A DNA stretch of 64,000 nucleotides from a virus (IMGVR_UViG_3300036845_000456:16968-80967); one strand, 5' to 3'; counted from the stretch's first letter, positions 1 through 10,198 are shown. The notes: generated by a model not told the origin, from the letters alone. Numbers and translations: made by a program.

Positions 1-285
1 CCCGATCTTGGCTACTGGTATGGGACCGTCAGTGTCACTTATTCGGGCGGTTACAATCTGCCGACCGAAACACCGAACTCATTGTTGTTCGCATTCGAAG
101 CACTGGTGCGTGAACAGTACATGAGTTGGATACGCGCGCCGTCGTCGTTCGGGGTGAGGCAGATACGACATAAGGAATCAGCCATCGGTTACTACGGGCC
201 AAACCTTTTCCCCACGACCGGCCTGCCCGCGACGTGGACAGCCGTGCAAACCGTGCTCAACAAGTTCATGCGCCACTGGGTCTGA
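1..285 (+). CDS. Head-tail connector (HK97 gp6-like), 5'-truncated by the window edge
   Basis: Frame is open from base 1 (PDLGYWYGTVSVTYSGGYNLP...). The VTYxGGY motif and the position before neck genes fit connector proteins. Confidence 0.6.
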   Translation, partial: PDLGYWYGTVSVTYSGGYNLPTETPNSLLFAFEALVREQYMSWIRAPSSFGVRQIRHKESAIGYYGPNLFPTTGLPATWTAVQTVLNKFMRHWV

Positions 286-287
286 TC

Positions 288-1376
288 ATGAAACATCAAC
301 AAGTCACCGCCGAGAGTGCCATTACGCTTAAGCGTCCAGCCGAATTCGTCTGGCGTGCGGCGGCGGCCACGCTGCGCGGCTTCGTCGGCGGCATGTCGCC
401 GACAGTGATGGCGCGCAACATGTACGGCGACGATCCGGTGACGCCGCTGGTGCTGCGCGGCGCCACCACGCAAGCCGTCACCAGCGTTCCGGCTTGGGCT
501 GGGGCAGTGGCTTTCCAAAGCGTGTCGCGGGCCATCGAGGAAGTCGTCGCCTTGTCGGCGATCGGCGCGGTGCTGCGCGCGGGCGCGCTCAATGTCGATC
601 TTGGCCGCAACGCCTCAGTGCGCGTGCCCGGCCGCGCCACGTCGCCGGCTGACGCCGGGCAGTGGGTCCAAGAAGGCCATCCGATTCCGGCGCGCGCCCT
701 CCACCTGCTGGGCGGTCCGGTGCTGTCGCCGACCAAGCTGGCGGTGTTGGTCACCATGACGCGCGAGATGACAGAGGCGAGCAATATCGAGGATGTGGTG
801 CGCATGTTGTTGACGGAGGCGGCCAGCATCGCCCTCGATGCCGCGCTGTTCTCGACCAATGCGGCGACGGCGGCCATGCCTGCGGGGATTCTGCTCGGCA
901 TCACGGCGTTGCCGGCGACCACCGGCACCGGGCTCGGCTTCGATGCCTGCGGCCAGGACCTTGGTAATCTCGTGCAAGACATCGCCTCGCGCGGCGGCGG
1001 CGCGCATGCGTACTTCATCGCCGCGCCGCATCAGTCAACCGCCATCCGGTTCTGGGCCGGTGGCCAATTCGGCCGCACCGTGGACGGCGACGTTCTGCCG
1101 GTCGCCGCGTCCGCCGGTCTGGCGGAAGGCACCGTGCTGGCGATCGAGCCCGCCAGCCTCGCGCTCACCTTGAACGATCCGCAGTTTTCGGTCGCCAACG
1201 TGGCGACCGTGCATCAGGAAGACACCACGCCGCTCGACATCGTCAGCGGTGGCACCGTGGCGACGCCGGTCAAATCGATGTTCCAGACCGACGCGCTGGC
1301 GCTGCGCATGACCTTGACAGCGAATTGGGGCATGCGCGCGCCGCACGTGTCCTACATCACCGGAGTCGGCTGGTGA
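288..1376 (+). CDS. HK97-fold major capsid-like protein (possibly a second capsid paralog)
   Basis: WVQEGHPIP, LSPTKLAVLVTMTREM, ALDAALFS..PAGIL and SMFQTDALALRM..NWGMR motifs match the HK97 capsid family. ATG lies 2 nt after the previous stop. Confidence 0.8.
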   Translation: MKHQQVTAESAITLKRPAEFVWRAAAATLRGFVGGMSPTVMARNMYGDDPVTPLVLRGATTQAVTSVPAWAGAVAFQSVSRAIEEVVALSAIGAVLRAGALNVDLGRNASVRVPGRATSPADAGQWVQEGHPIPARALHLLGGPVLSPTKLAVLVTMTREMTEASNIEDVVRMLLTEAASIALDAALFSTNAATAAMPAGILLGITALPATTGTGLGFDACGQDLGNLVQDIASRGGGAHAYFIAAPHQSTAIRFWAGGQFGRTVDGDVLPVAASAGLAEGTVLAIEPASLALTLNDPQFSVANVATVHQEDTTPLDIVSGGTVATPVKSMFQTDALALRMTLTANWGMRAPHVSYITGVGW

Positions 1377-1774
1377 TCGACGTCAGCATCGATGTTGATG
1401 CGCTCACGGAAAAGCTCGCCGCCGAACTGGAAGCGCTCAAGGCGTTCGTTCCAGAGATGGCCGAAGAACTGACCGACTGGCAGCGGCAAGACATGCACCG
1501 CCAGTACCCCAACACGCAAGAAGATCAGGACTCGGCGTCTACGGATATCTGGCCGCGCTCGCGGCTCAGCGAGGAAGCCGTTCAGAAAGAGCGCGCCAAC
1601 CGACGCGCCTACTTCATGCGCCGCCAGCGCAGTATCAGAAATGTCGGGCCGCGCCGCCAGCCGGGCGGTGGGCAACGCTACCGAAGCCAGCGCCAGATTC
1701 TGCGCGATGTGTTGTTTGATCAACTCGAAGATCGCATGGACGCGCTGATGATCGAGAAACTCGGATGGCCGTAA
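1373..1774 (+). CDS. Putative neck/virion morphogenesis protein
   Basis: GTG overlaps the capsid TGA; position in the head-neck block. Confidence 0.45.
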   Translation: MIDVSIDVDALTEKLAAELEALKAFVPEMAEELTDWQRQDMHRQYPNTQEDQDSASTDIWPRSRLSEEAVQKERANRRAYFMRRQRSIRNVGPRRQPGGGQRYRSQRQILRDVLFDQLEDRMDALMIEKLGWP

Positions 1775-2121
1775 ATTTCGAAACCAGTCTCTATTCTCCC
1801 GAGCAGGATCAGTTCGGGCGGCCGATCACGGTCACTCCAATCGCTTCGCAGCCCAACGTCGGGGCCTACGAGAACCGGGGCATTTACGATTCCGGGCCGA
1901 TCAACATCCTGCTCGATGACGGATCGATCTTTTCCGACCAGCGCACAATCGTTGACATCTGCGCCGCTGAATACGCCGTGCCGCCGAAGCAACTAGATCA
2001 GATTTCGATTCCGTATGATCCGGCCAGCGGGCTCCCGCCGCTCGGCGACTTCGAGATCACCAACGTGATCGACAACGGCGGCGGCGAATTGACGTTGGAA
2101 CTGAAAAAGATCGTGTCCTAA
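1765..2121 (+). CDS. Head-tail joining protein (lambda FII-like)
   Basis: 118 aa beta-rich protein ending DNGGGELTLEL; synteny. Confidence 0.6.
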   Translation: MAVNFETSLYSPEQDQFGRPITVTPIASQPNVGAYENRGIYDSGPINILLDDGSIFSDQRTIVDICAAEYAVPPKQLDQISIPYDPASGLPPLGDFEITNVIDNGGGELTLELKKIVS

Positions 2122-2160
2122 GCCAGCACCCTACTACTAAATACATATAAAGGGCCGAGC

Positions 2161-2538
2161 ATGACTGTCAGTTATGCCGCATCGTTGAGATCAGCGCGGA
2201 TGCAAGCTGTCATCGCTGCGATCGATGCCAATGGTGCGGCCAGCTTGGAAATCGGCAGCAGCGGGATGGCAACGCTGTTGGTGACAATCGCCTTGCCGGC
2301 GCCGCCGTCGTTCACCGAAGCGAACGGCATCATCACCATGGCCGGCGTGCCGCTGACCGGCGTGGCGGCGGCGATGGGCCACGCGCTCAGCGCGCAAATC
2401 AAAGACGGCGCCGGCAATGTCGTCGTGTCGGGACTTATCGTCGGCGAATTCAGTGGCGACGTCATTCTCAGCGACGCGGATATCGTGCAGGGCGAGACCG
2501 TCACAATATCGAGCGCGATGATCACACACTCACCATGA
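2161..2538 (+). CDS. Putative virion structural protein
   Basis: Ala/Gly/Val-rich beta protein in the structural operon. Confidence 0.5.
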   Translation: MTVSYAASLRSARMQAVIAAIDANGAASLEIGSSGMATLLVTIALPAPPSFTEANGIITMAGVPLTGVAAAMGHALSAQIKDGAGNVVVSGLIVGEFSGDVILSDADIVQGETVTISSAMITHSP

Positions 2539-3407
2539 GTATCGATTGCAGAATCAGAGCCGCCGAAGCGCCCGACACTTGCGCGGTAACGATCCTGCCC
2601 GGCGCGGTCGGCAGGATCGAAGCCAGCGAGGCGCCCGATATTTGCAACATCGCGGGCGAAGCCGGTGTCGTCGGTCTGTTGCCGCAGAGCGACGCCTACA
2701 ACATCTGGCAGGCGTTCTTTGATCGCGTGTCGGTCGATAGTTTCTTTTCCGGTTACACCATCCGCCCGACCGTCATGTTGCCGGTGCAGGCGAACTTGCT
2801 TCCGTACCTTGGCATTTACATGGGTGACGAGGATATGCGCCCCGATGGCGATGCCAATGCGGGCATGATCCGCTTCAACCATTCCGGCAAGATCGGCTTC
2901 TCGATCATCATCGCCAACAACAATCGCAAGCAACTATTACAGCAAGTCGATGCCGCGTTCTGGCGCATCATGGGGCTGCTGTGGACCGATCAGGACTTGA
3001 TGAACGTTCTGGTCAACAGCAATCCCGAAGGCGTCGGCATCGAAAGCATCCCGCGCGGGCAACGCAAATTCGTGTGGGGCTCGACCGGCGCCAACAACGA
3101 AACACCCTTCTGCGAGTGCCGCTACGACGTCACCGCGTTCTGGCGCTCGGAATGGTGGCCGCCGATCACCGACACGCTGGACGAGATCAACATCAAGACC
3201 GGCGTGAAGATCGGCGAGACGCCGGCACAGATGGCACAGCGTCATCAAGTTGAAGTCGATATCGTTCTGCAAAGCGACGGCACAACGAAAGGATCAGGCA
3301 ATGGTCAACGTCAGGTTTCAAGCCCATACTCAACAAAGACGCCCGCGAGTCCCTATCGGCCGGACGCGTTACCAAAAGCCCGGCATCCGCGTCGAGCCCC
3401 GCGATAG
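2535..3407 (+). CDS. Putative tail terminator/completion protein
   Basis: LLPYLGIYMGDE motif; lies between the head-tail joining gene and the sheath. Confidence 0.5.
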   Translation: MSIDCRIRAAEAPDTCAVTILPGAVGRIEASEAPDICNIAGEAGVVGLLPQSDAYNIWQAFFDRVSVDSFFSGYTIRPTVMLPVQANLLPYLGIYMGDEDMRPDGDANAGMIRFNHSGKIGFSIIIANNNRKQLLQQVDAAFWRIMGLLWTDQDLMNVLVNSNPEGVGIESIPRGQRKFVWGSTGANNETPFCECRYDVTAFWRSEWWPPITDTLDEINIKTGVKIGETPAQMAQRHQVEVDIVLQSDGTTKGSGNGQRQVSSPYSTKTPASPYRPDALPKARHPRRAPR

Positions 3408-3681
3408 CGACATGCGCCGCTTGTTGATGCATCCACAAGCCGGCAAGTTCCGCTCGCAAGGCTCGATCGAATGGCCCGACGATCAGTACACGCGCCGCCG
3501 CTTGGCCGATGGCTCGATCAAGCTCGCGCAGCCGCCGCAGCCGGCGCCAGCCGCAGAGCCGGCCGCACCAGCCGCAGAACCGGAGAAGCCAGCGCCGCCG
3601 CAACGGGCGCAGCCGCAGCAGTATAGAGCGCGTGAAACGCCAAAGCGCGAGACAAAGCCCGATCAAGAAACAAACGAATAG
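3301..3681 (+). CDS. DUF2635 / Mu gp38-like protein
   Basis: EWPDDQYTRRRLADGSI motif; just upstream of the sheath; AAAGGA RBS. Confidence 0.65.
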   Translation: MVNVRFQAHTQQRRPRVPIGRTRYQKPGIRVEPRDSDMRRLLMHPQAGKFRSQGSIEWPDDQYTRRRLADGSIKLAQPPQPAPAAEPAAPAAEPEKPAPPQRAQPQQYRARETPKRETKPDQETNE

Positions 3682-3835
3682 CGTCTTCCGCCCCCAAGCC
3701 CCCCAACGAAGACGCTAAGCCGGTGTGGATACTCCCGTGTTCACACCGGCACTGATCTAACAAAACTAACAAACCAAACAAACCCGCCTGATCGCTCGGT
3801 GCGGAGCGTGATCGCTCGATGCATGGAGAACCCCA

Positions 3836-5710
3836 ATGCCGATCAGTTTCGCCCAAATCCCGCAAAATCTGAAAGTCCCACTTTACTGGGTGGAGGTGGA
3901 CCCCTCCATGGCTGGTCTGCCGTCGATCAACCTGCGTGCGTTGATTGTTGGTACGGCGACCGGCGGCACGGCTGAGATGAACATCACGATTCCGATCGGG
4001 TCGCAGGCGATGTCGTCGCAGTTCTTTGGCGCCGGGTCGGAGATCGACCGGATGTTCAAAGCGTACTACGCGAATAATTTCGCAAACGAGGTTTGGGGAT
4101 TGCCTGTTCCGGCATCAGTCAACTCGGAAAAAGCCACAGGTGAAATCAAGATCACGTCGCCCTGTACGGCGGCGGGCACGATCGCACTCTACATCAGCGG
4201 CGAGCATGTGCCGACCAACATTGCCACCACCGACACCACGGACGACATCGCCAATGCGATTGTTGATTCGATCAACAATTGGTTTGGGATCGGGACGATT
4301 GGCAATGCGACGTCGTTGCCGGTGACGGCGACGATGACGCCAGCGGTGGCGAGCGCGTCGCAGGCCATCAACGCGGCGACGTGGAGCAACACGCCGACTG
4401 GGCAGGCGACCTACACCACTACGGCGCCGCACAACTTCACGGTCGGCGAGCAGGTGCAAATCACCGGCATTACGCCAGCCTCCTACAATGGGACGTTCGT
4501 TGCCCAAACCGGCACGACCGGATCAACCATTGTCGTGCCGATGCTGAACAACCCGGGAACTTACGGCTCGGGTGGAAGTGCCGCCGGACCGCCGACGGCG
4601 CCGTCGCAAGTCAATCTGCTGTGCAACTGGGCGGGCATCAGCGGCAACGACATTCCGATGATGTTGAACTACTACGGCTCGCGCGGCGGCGACGTGACGC
4701 CGGTCGGGCTCGGCATCACGGTTGATCCGTTCCTGACGGGCGGCACCGGCACGCCGGACTTCACGACCGCGCTCAATTCGCTCGGGAATGAACCTTACGA
4801 ATATGTTTGTATGCCTTACACGGACTCCGACAGTTTGTTTGTTTGGGAACAAGAATACGGGTTCTCAGACACGGGCCGTTGGGGTTGGGAGCGTCAACTA
4901 TTTGGTCACATTTTCTCGGCGCGGCGTGGGGTCAGCACCGGCTCCGCCGACAACGGTTATCCCGATCTTGTGCTGTGGGGCGAGACAAACAATTCGGGCG
5001 TGGTGTCGGTGATGGCGTTCGAGAACGCCACGCAGTCGCCGATGTTCGAGGCTGCGGCGGCCTACACCGCCAAGGCGCAGCGGGCATTGGTCAATGATCC
5101 GGCGCGGCCGTTGCAGAGTCTGTCCCTCAATCAAATCAAGCTGGCGCCGATCCACCAGCGATTTGATTTCCCTGAACTGAATTCGCTCGCCAGCAATGGG
5201 CTCGCGATCCAGATGCCGGGCACCGACGGACAGCCGATGATCGCCCGCGAACAGACCACCTACCAGTGGAACCTGTACGGCGCCACCGACGACGCCTACG
5301 AGTTGGTCACGACGCTGGCGACCTTGGCCAAGCTGATGCGCAATCAGAAGGCCATGGTGACCAGTTCGTTCCCGCGCCACAAGCTTGCCAATGACGGCAC
5401 CAAGTTTGGTCCAGGGCAAGCGATCGTTACGCCGGGAATCATCAAAGGCGCACTGGTCGCGCAATATCGCAATGATGAATTCAACGGCCTCGTGGAAAAT
5501 GTGGAGCTATTCAAGCAGTTCCTGATGGTCGAGCGAGACAGCGTGGACCCCAACCGCGCTAATGTCTTGTATCCGCCTGACCTTATCAATCAGTTGCGTA
5601 TCTTCGCAGTGCTGAATCAGTTCCGCTTGCAGTACGGCCGTGGAGTTGATGAGGCAATCATCGGTCCGGCGCCGGGGCCGTTCCTGGCCTCGTCGCAGGC
5701 CAACGGCTAG
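3836..5710 (+). CDS. Contractile tail sheath protein (Mu gpL-like)
   Basis: MPISFAQIPQNLKVPLYWVEVD start, DPARPLQSL, and PPDLINQLRIFA C-terminus. Confidence 0.95.
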   Translation: MPISFAQIPQNLKVPLYWVEVDPSMAGLPSINLRALIVGTATGGTAEMNITIPIGSQAMSSQFFGAGSEIDRMFKAYYANNFANEVWGLPVPASVNSEKATGEIKITSPCTAAGTIALYISGEHVPTNIATTDTTDDIANAIVDSINNWFGIGTIGNATSLPVTATMTPAVASASQAINAATWSNTPTGQATYTTTAPHNFTVGEQVQITGITPASYNGTFVAQTGTTGSTIVVPMLNNPGTYGSGGSAAGPPTAPSQVNLLCNWAGISGNDIPMMLNYYGSRGGDVTPVGLGITVDPFLTGGTGTPDFTTALNSLGNEPYEYVCMPYTDSDSLFVWEQEYGFSDTGRWGWERQLFGHIFSARRGVSTGSADNGYPDLVLWGETNNSGVVSVMAFENATQSPMFEAAAAYTAKAQRALVNDPARPLQSLSLNQIKLAPIHQRFDFPELNSLASNGLAIQMPGTDGQPMIAREQTTYQWNLYGATDDAYELVTTLATLAKLMRNQKAMVTSSFPRHKLANDGTKFGPGQAIVTPGIIKGALVAQYRNDEFNGLVENVELFKQFLMVERDSVDPNRANVLYPPDLINQLRIFAVLNQFRLQYGRGVDEAIIGPAPGPFLASSQANG

Positions 5711-5802
5711 ACCAACAACAATCAAAAAACCAAACAGTCAACCCAAGCTGACCAAGCTCGGTGCGGAGCGACGTCGCATAACCGCAGCGAGGATATAACC
5801 CC

Positions 5803-6168
5803 ATGGCACAGCGCTTTGCTGGAATCGCCTTCCTAAACGTGGACGGCGCGCAACTGGCTTTGCGTGGAAATTTCACTGTGTCGCCATCTCCGGTCGAGCG
5901 AACCATGATCGCCGGCCAGGATGGCGTTCACGGCTATCAGGAACTTCCACGCGTGCCCTACATCGAGGGCGACATCTCGACCGTTCCCGGCTTCTCGTTG
6001 GAAGGGTTGCTAACAGAAACTGACAGTACTGTTGTTGCTCAATTGGCAAACGGGATGCAGTACACACTTTCTGGAGCAACTTGCAAAGGCGGCTTCGAAG
6101 CCAACACCCGCGATGGTCAAGTGCGGGTTAGGTGGGAAGGACTGATCTGCGACGAGTTGCCGATCTAA
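5803..6168 (+). CDS. Tail tube protein (Mu gpM-like)
   Basis: AGIAFLNVDG, GQDGVHGYQE, QLANG and VRWEG motifs; follows the sheath. Confidence 0.9.
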   Translation: MAQRFAGIAFLNVDGAQLALRGNFTVSPSPVERTMIAGQDGVHGYQELPRVPYIEGDISTVPGFSLEGLLTETDSTVVAQLANGMQYTLSGATCKGGFEANTRDGQVRVRWEGLICDELPI

Positions 6169-6202
6169 CAAACAACTAATCCAAACAACAAGAAGGTGAT
6201 GC

Positions 6203-6712
6203 ATGAACGAACACGTCGGTGCAATCAATCAGCTTACCGAGCAGCAGCGCCGTGCGGGCCAGCCGCGCGGGCGAGAGGGCTTTGTTCAAGGGCAGGTGCC
6301 AACCGCCGAGCCGACGCCGAAGACGATCGAGCCGCCCCGGCCACCGGCTCCGCATCCGGGGCCCGAGATCGAGGCGTCGCCAGCGGAGCTTGATGCGGCG
6401 GCGCCATCGACCGAAGAACTTTGGCCGATCGTGGTGAAGCTGTCGTTCAAGTCGATCCGCAACAACAAGGGCGAGACGGTCAACGAACTGTCGTTCCGCG
6501 AGCCCAAGGGCGGCGACATCAATCGCTATGGCAATCCGGTGCGGATGAACAGCCAGGGCGATTGGGTGATCGAAGAACGCAAGATGCACTATGTCATGGC
6601 GGCACTCTCCGATATCCTGCCGCCGTTCCTCGATCAGATGGACCCGCGCGACTGGAATTTCTGTGCCTATGAGTTGATGCGTTTTTTTCTTCCCAGTCGT
6701 CGGGTCTTGTAG
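6203..6712 (+). CDS. Tail assembly chaperone (Mu gp41 / P2 E-like)
   Basis: ELSFREPKGGDI..LDQMDPRDW motif; lies between the tube and tape measure genes. Confidence 0.85.
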   Translation: MNEHVGAINQLTEQQRRAGQPRGREGFVQGQVPTAEPTPKTIEPPRPPAPHPGPEIEASPAELDAAAPSTEELWPIVVKLSFKSIRNNKGETVNELSFREPKGGDINRYGNPVRMNSQGDWVIEERKMHYVMAALSDILPPFLDQMDPRDWNFCAYELMRFFLPSRRVL

Positions 6713-6873
6713 GCAACGAGGAAGACATCGTCCTCGATTGCTATCGGCTCGCCCACTACTATCACCAACCCCCCGACTTGTTTCTGGCCATGTCATTGGC
6801 CGACGTGCGTCTGCATTTGCGGCGCACATCGCAACTCGCGCGCCTAATGCGACGGGACTCTGATGGCGACTGA
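6682..6873 (+). other. Programmed -1 frameshift site (T TTT TTT) and extension ORF of the tail chaperone (gpGT/E'-like)
   Basis: T7 run at 6682-6688. The -1 frame is open from 6688 to TGA 6871-6873 (SSQSSGLVGNEEDIVLDCYRLAHYYHQPPDLFLAMSLADVRLHL...) and overlaps the tape-measure start. Confidence 0.8.
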
Positions 6874-9800
6874 GCAACAAGTTCTCACCCTCACCACGGA
6901 ATTCAATGATCAGGCTTCGGCGGCCATCGCCGGGGTGCGGCAGGCTATTGACCAGTTGAGCGGGCCCGCTGTGCGCGAGGCGCAGCGGCGCGTGAATCAG
7001 GAGATGGGCGAATGGGAGAAGGCCGTTCGCAATCTCGGCCGCGAGGCATTGGGGGTCGGGCGCGCGTTCGGTGATCTGGTCAAAGTCATCGGGCCGTTCC
7101 CGGTCGCGGCGGGGTTGGCTGGTTATGAGATCACGCGGATCATTCGTTCGTCGGCGGAATGGTCGCGCGGTGTTGTTGAGATGAGCAACGCCGCCAAGAT
7201 GGCGGGTCTGAGCTTCGGCGAATTCAAAGGCATTTCTGAGCAGATGCAGCGCATGGGCCTGACGGCTCGGGAAGCTTCGGCTGGGATAGCCGGCTTCAAT
7301 CGCGCCTATGCCGAAGTGCTGACGAGCGGCGGCAAGCGCGCCGAGATCATGAGCCTCGCGGGCATGGGCTATGCGCAGAACATGGCGCAAGTGTTGCTCA
7401 ATCTGCGCGGTATTACGGACGAGACGGATCGGCTCAATGCGGTTCGGCAAGCTGGCGAGAATGTTTATCAGAATGCGGTGAATGACACGCACGACACGGT
7501 CATCGCCCGCTATCGCGAGCGGCAGTTCCTGGCAAAATTCAACGCCGAGTTTCTGATCAACATTCACCGCGATCTGAACAAGGAAGACGTCAAGCGCATG
7601 CAAGCGCGCGATGAGCTTAGCACGAAGGCGCGCGAGCTTAACGAGGCGATGACGGAGGAAGCGCAAACACGGGAAGAAATTAACGAAAAATGGAATGAAT
7701 TTCTGGCTGGTCCAGAATTGAAGATGATCCAATTGTTGATCGATATTGAAAAGAACATTCTGGCGCGGATGGAGCAAACGGCACCAGCATTTGGCGTCGG
7801 ACCAGCAGCGCCAGCGCGGCCGGGTCAAACAAACACGCCGGGTCCGAGCGAATGGTCATGGGGCTCAGCCTTCGGCATGGGCAAGCCTGCGTCGGCGCCA
7901 TCGGCTGCGCCGCTTCCGCCGCCCCAAGGTCTTGCTGACCAGCTTGGACTTGGGACGCTCGGCGGCCCGGCGGCCGGGCCTGCGACCGGCGCGGCGAAGT
8001 TTTATGGATTCACTGATGCGGGAAACGGCGGCGGATCGATCGCCGACAACTGGCGCCAATCGGAGAACGTCGAGGACGATCGCAGCGGCCAGTTCGATCA
8101 GAACACCAACGAAGTTCGCCGGCTCAATGACAACCTGCAACGGATTCTTACCCTGACCAAGCCCGGCGGCGGTCTGGCTGGGCAACTCGGCTTGGGTAAC
8201 ATCAGCAGCCTGGGTGGGGGCGGCGGCGGGGGTGGTGGTTATCGTGGCACTACGGGCACAACAGGCACGGATGGCACGAGTCCGACAACACCGCCCCCGC
8301 CTCCGGTAACCGGTCCGACAGGCACGCCGCTCGCGGCAGTGACGGGCGGCCAGCCGTTCGGCATCAACGTCAGCCCGGAACGGTTCAGCCAGATAACCGG
8401 CTTGCCGCCGAGCTTCATGAACGTCACGGCGGGGCAACGCGCCTACGCTCGCGGCATCAGCACGGGGATGGGGCCGGGCGGCGTAGGGGTTCGAGATGCT
8501 AAATTTGTAGGTGGGAAACCAGCGGCGGATTGGCCGACGACGGCGGCGCCCGGCAGCGGCGGCGGTTTTGGTGCGACCGGAACTGTAACGGGAACTGGTG
8601 CGAGTATCTCTGGGAGAACATCTATCGCTGAGCTTGAGAAAAATTCTCAGGCTCAAGCGGCGATTGCTAGGTTTGCCGCAGCGAATCCGAACGTCACGGA
8701 TGCCAAGACTCAGCTTTACAGTCTAGTGGCAGGCGAAAGCGGCTTTGGCAGGGACATGAGTCCTGGCAGGAAGTACAGCGGCTACTTCCAAATGGGGCAG
8801 GAAGAAACTTTTGCCGCCACCGGCCAACGCATCTCCGGTGCACAATTGGCCGCTATGCCTTTTGACCAACAGCTAGATATCTATACCAAGTGGGTACATC
8901 ACGCTTCCCCAAACGCAACCAACCTTGGTTTATTTAACGCTGCCAGCAATCCGGCATTTCAGACCGCGTCAGATGACACCGTTGTCTATCATGCCGGTAC
9001 TAGGGCGGCTCAGCAAAATGCAAAAACATGGGGTGCGAACAGTCCTGGTGGTCCAGGGGGCGACATTACTGTTGGTGGCATCAAAAAATACTATTCTCGC
9101 GGTGACACTGAAACAAATAGACAGATTGCAGCGGCAGGCACCCCGGCCGCGACTACCGCCGTAACATTCGCCGGCACGGGCGGCCCACAAGTTACTGAAA
9201 CACTCCCGAGCGGCGCGCAAGTCATACGCGGCGCGGCGACTACGGCGGCGGTGACAGGCGTCAATCCGTTGTTAACAGGAATAAACCCGACCACTGGCGG
9301 TTCAATCGATAAAACGGTTCTGCAACAAGCCGCGCTAATAGCTGGATCAACCGGCAGCCATCAGGCAGTCTACAATTTCATCAAGAGCCAGGGCCTGACA
9401 TATACCTCAGGTGAAAACTGCGCCGAGTTTGTCACTGCGGTGCTGTCAAAGGGGGAGGGCCTCGCGCCCGGCCAGTTGCCGGCGGGCGTGAAGTCGGATT
9501 ACCCGGCGGCTGCATCCTATACGCACTACGGCGATGCGGTGGATGCGTTGCATGCTCAGCCCGGTGACGTCCTCGCTAGGCACGACGCGGGAGGCAGTCA
9601 CGCGATGATCGTCGGGCCTGATGGCTACGACCCCAAGACCGGGACGCTGAATATCTTATCGGCCAACAACGATGCGAACCTTCATATTAAGGTCGGCCCA
9701 AATGGAAAGCTCCCGGGGTACTACGGCAACTTCCGCATCGGCCACCTGAACATTGGACCACCTAAGACTGCTACGACCGCGCAAGCTGCGGTTAGCTCGA

Positions 9801-10198
9801 CCGGTCTTCCGACTGATCCCTTCGCGTGGCCTAGCGGTGCATCAGAAACTGCTGCTGATTCGATCAGGCGAATGAATGCGACTGCTTACGGGGGCGACAA
9901 GGGAATGACGCTCCCGAGCACAGATATCCTTCCCAAGAAGGATGACGTTCTGACGGGCAGTCGCTGGGATACCGGCGATGTCGAAGCCGATCGCGCGACT
10001 ATTGATCAAACCGCGCAGGCTGCGCGGATCAAGCAACAAGCGCGCATTCATCTCAAGATCGCGCACAAGAACGCCCCGGCCGATGTGTCTGCCAAGGCTG
10101 ACGGCGACGCCTTCAAGGGCCACACGATGGAGCGCACCAACGCGCCGCCGCCGGAAGCGCCGACCAAGTTTAAGGCCGGCGGGTTGGAGTTTGCCTGA
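6863..10198 (+). CDS. Tape measure-like protein 1 with lysozyme-like and CHAP/NlpC-like domains
   Basis: Helical Ala-rich N-terminus. LVAGESGF..YSGYFQMG..LAAMPFDQQLD is lysozyme-like; NCAEFV..QPGDVL..SHAMIV is a Cys-His peptidase motif. Confidence 0.8.
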   Translation: MATEQQVLTLTTEFNDQASAAIAGVRQAIDQLSGPAVREAQRRVNQEMGEWEKAVRNLGREALGVGRAFGDLVKVIGPFPVAAGLAGYEITRIIRSSAEWSRGVVEMSNAAKMAGLSFGEFKGISEQMQRMGLTAREASAGIAGFNRAYAEVLTSGGKRAEIMSLAGMGYAQNMAQVLLNLRGITDETDRLNAVRQAGENVYQNAVNDTHDTVIARYRERQFLAKFNAEFLINIHRDLNKEDVKRMQARDELSTKARELNEAMTEEAQTREEINEKWNEFLAGPELKMIQLLIDIEKNILARMEQTAPAFGVGPAAPARPGQTNTPGPSEWSWGSAFGMGKPASAPSAAPLPPPQGLADQLGLGTLGGPAAGPATGAAKFYGFTDAGNGGGSIADNWRQSENVEDDRSGQFDQNTNEVRRLNDNLQRILTLTKPGGGLAGQLGLGNISSLGGGGGGGGGYRGTTGTTGTDGTSPTTPPPPPVTGPTGTPLAAVTGGQPFGINVSPERFSQITGLPPSFMNVTAGQRAYARGISTGMGPGGVGVRDAKFVGGKPAADWPTTAAPGSGGGFGATGTVTGTGASISGRTSIAELEKNSQAQAAIARFAAANPNVTDAKTQLYSLVAGESGFGRDMSPGRKYSGYFQMGQEETFAATGQRISGAQLAAMPFDQQLDIYTKWVHHASPNATNLGLFNAASNPAFQTASDDTVVYHAGTRAAQQNAKTWGANSPGGPGGDITVGGIKKYYSRGDTETNRQIAAAGTPAATTAVTFAGTGGPQVTETLPSGAQVIRGAATTAAVTGVNPLLTGINPTTGGSIDKTVLQQAALIAGSTGSHQAVYNFIKSQGLTYTSGENCAEFVTAVLSKGEGLAPGQLPAGVKSDYPAAASYTHYGDAVDALHAQPGDVLARHDAGGSHAMIVGPDGYDPKTGTLNILSANNDANLHIKVGPNGKLPGYYGNFRIGHLNIGPPKTATTAQAAVSSTGLPTDPFAWPSGASETAADSIRRMNATAYGGDKGMTLPSTDILPKKDDVLTGSRWDTGDVEADRATIDQTAQAARIKQQARIHLKIAHKNAPADVSAKADGDAFKGHTMERTNAPPPEAPTKFKAGGLEFA

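Noticed and set aside
6176-7828. 550-aa minus-strand ORF and similar long antisense ORFs in the tail region
   Set aside because: They lie antisense to well-supported structural genes in GC-rich DNA.
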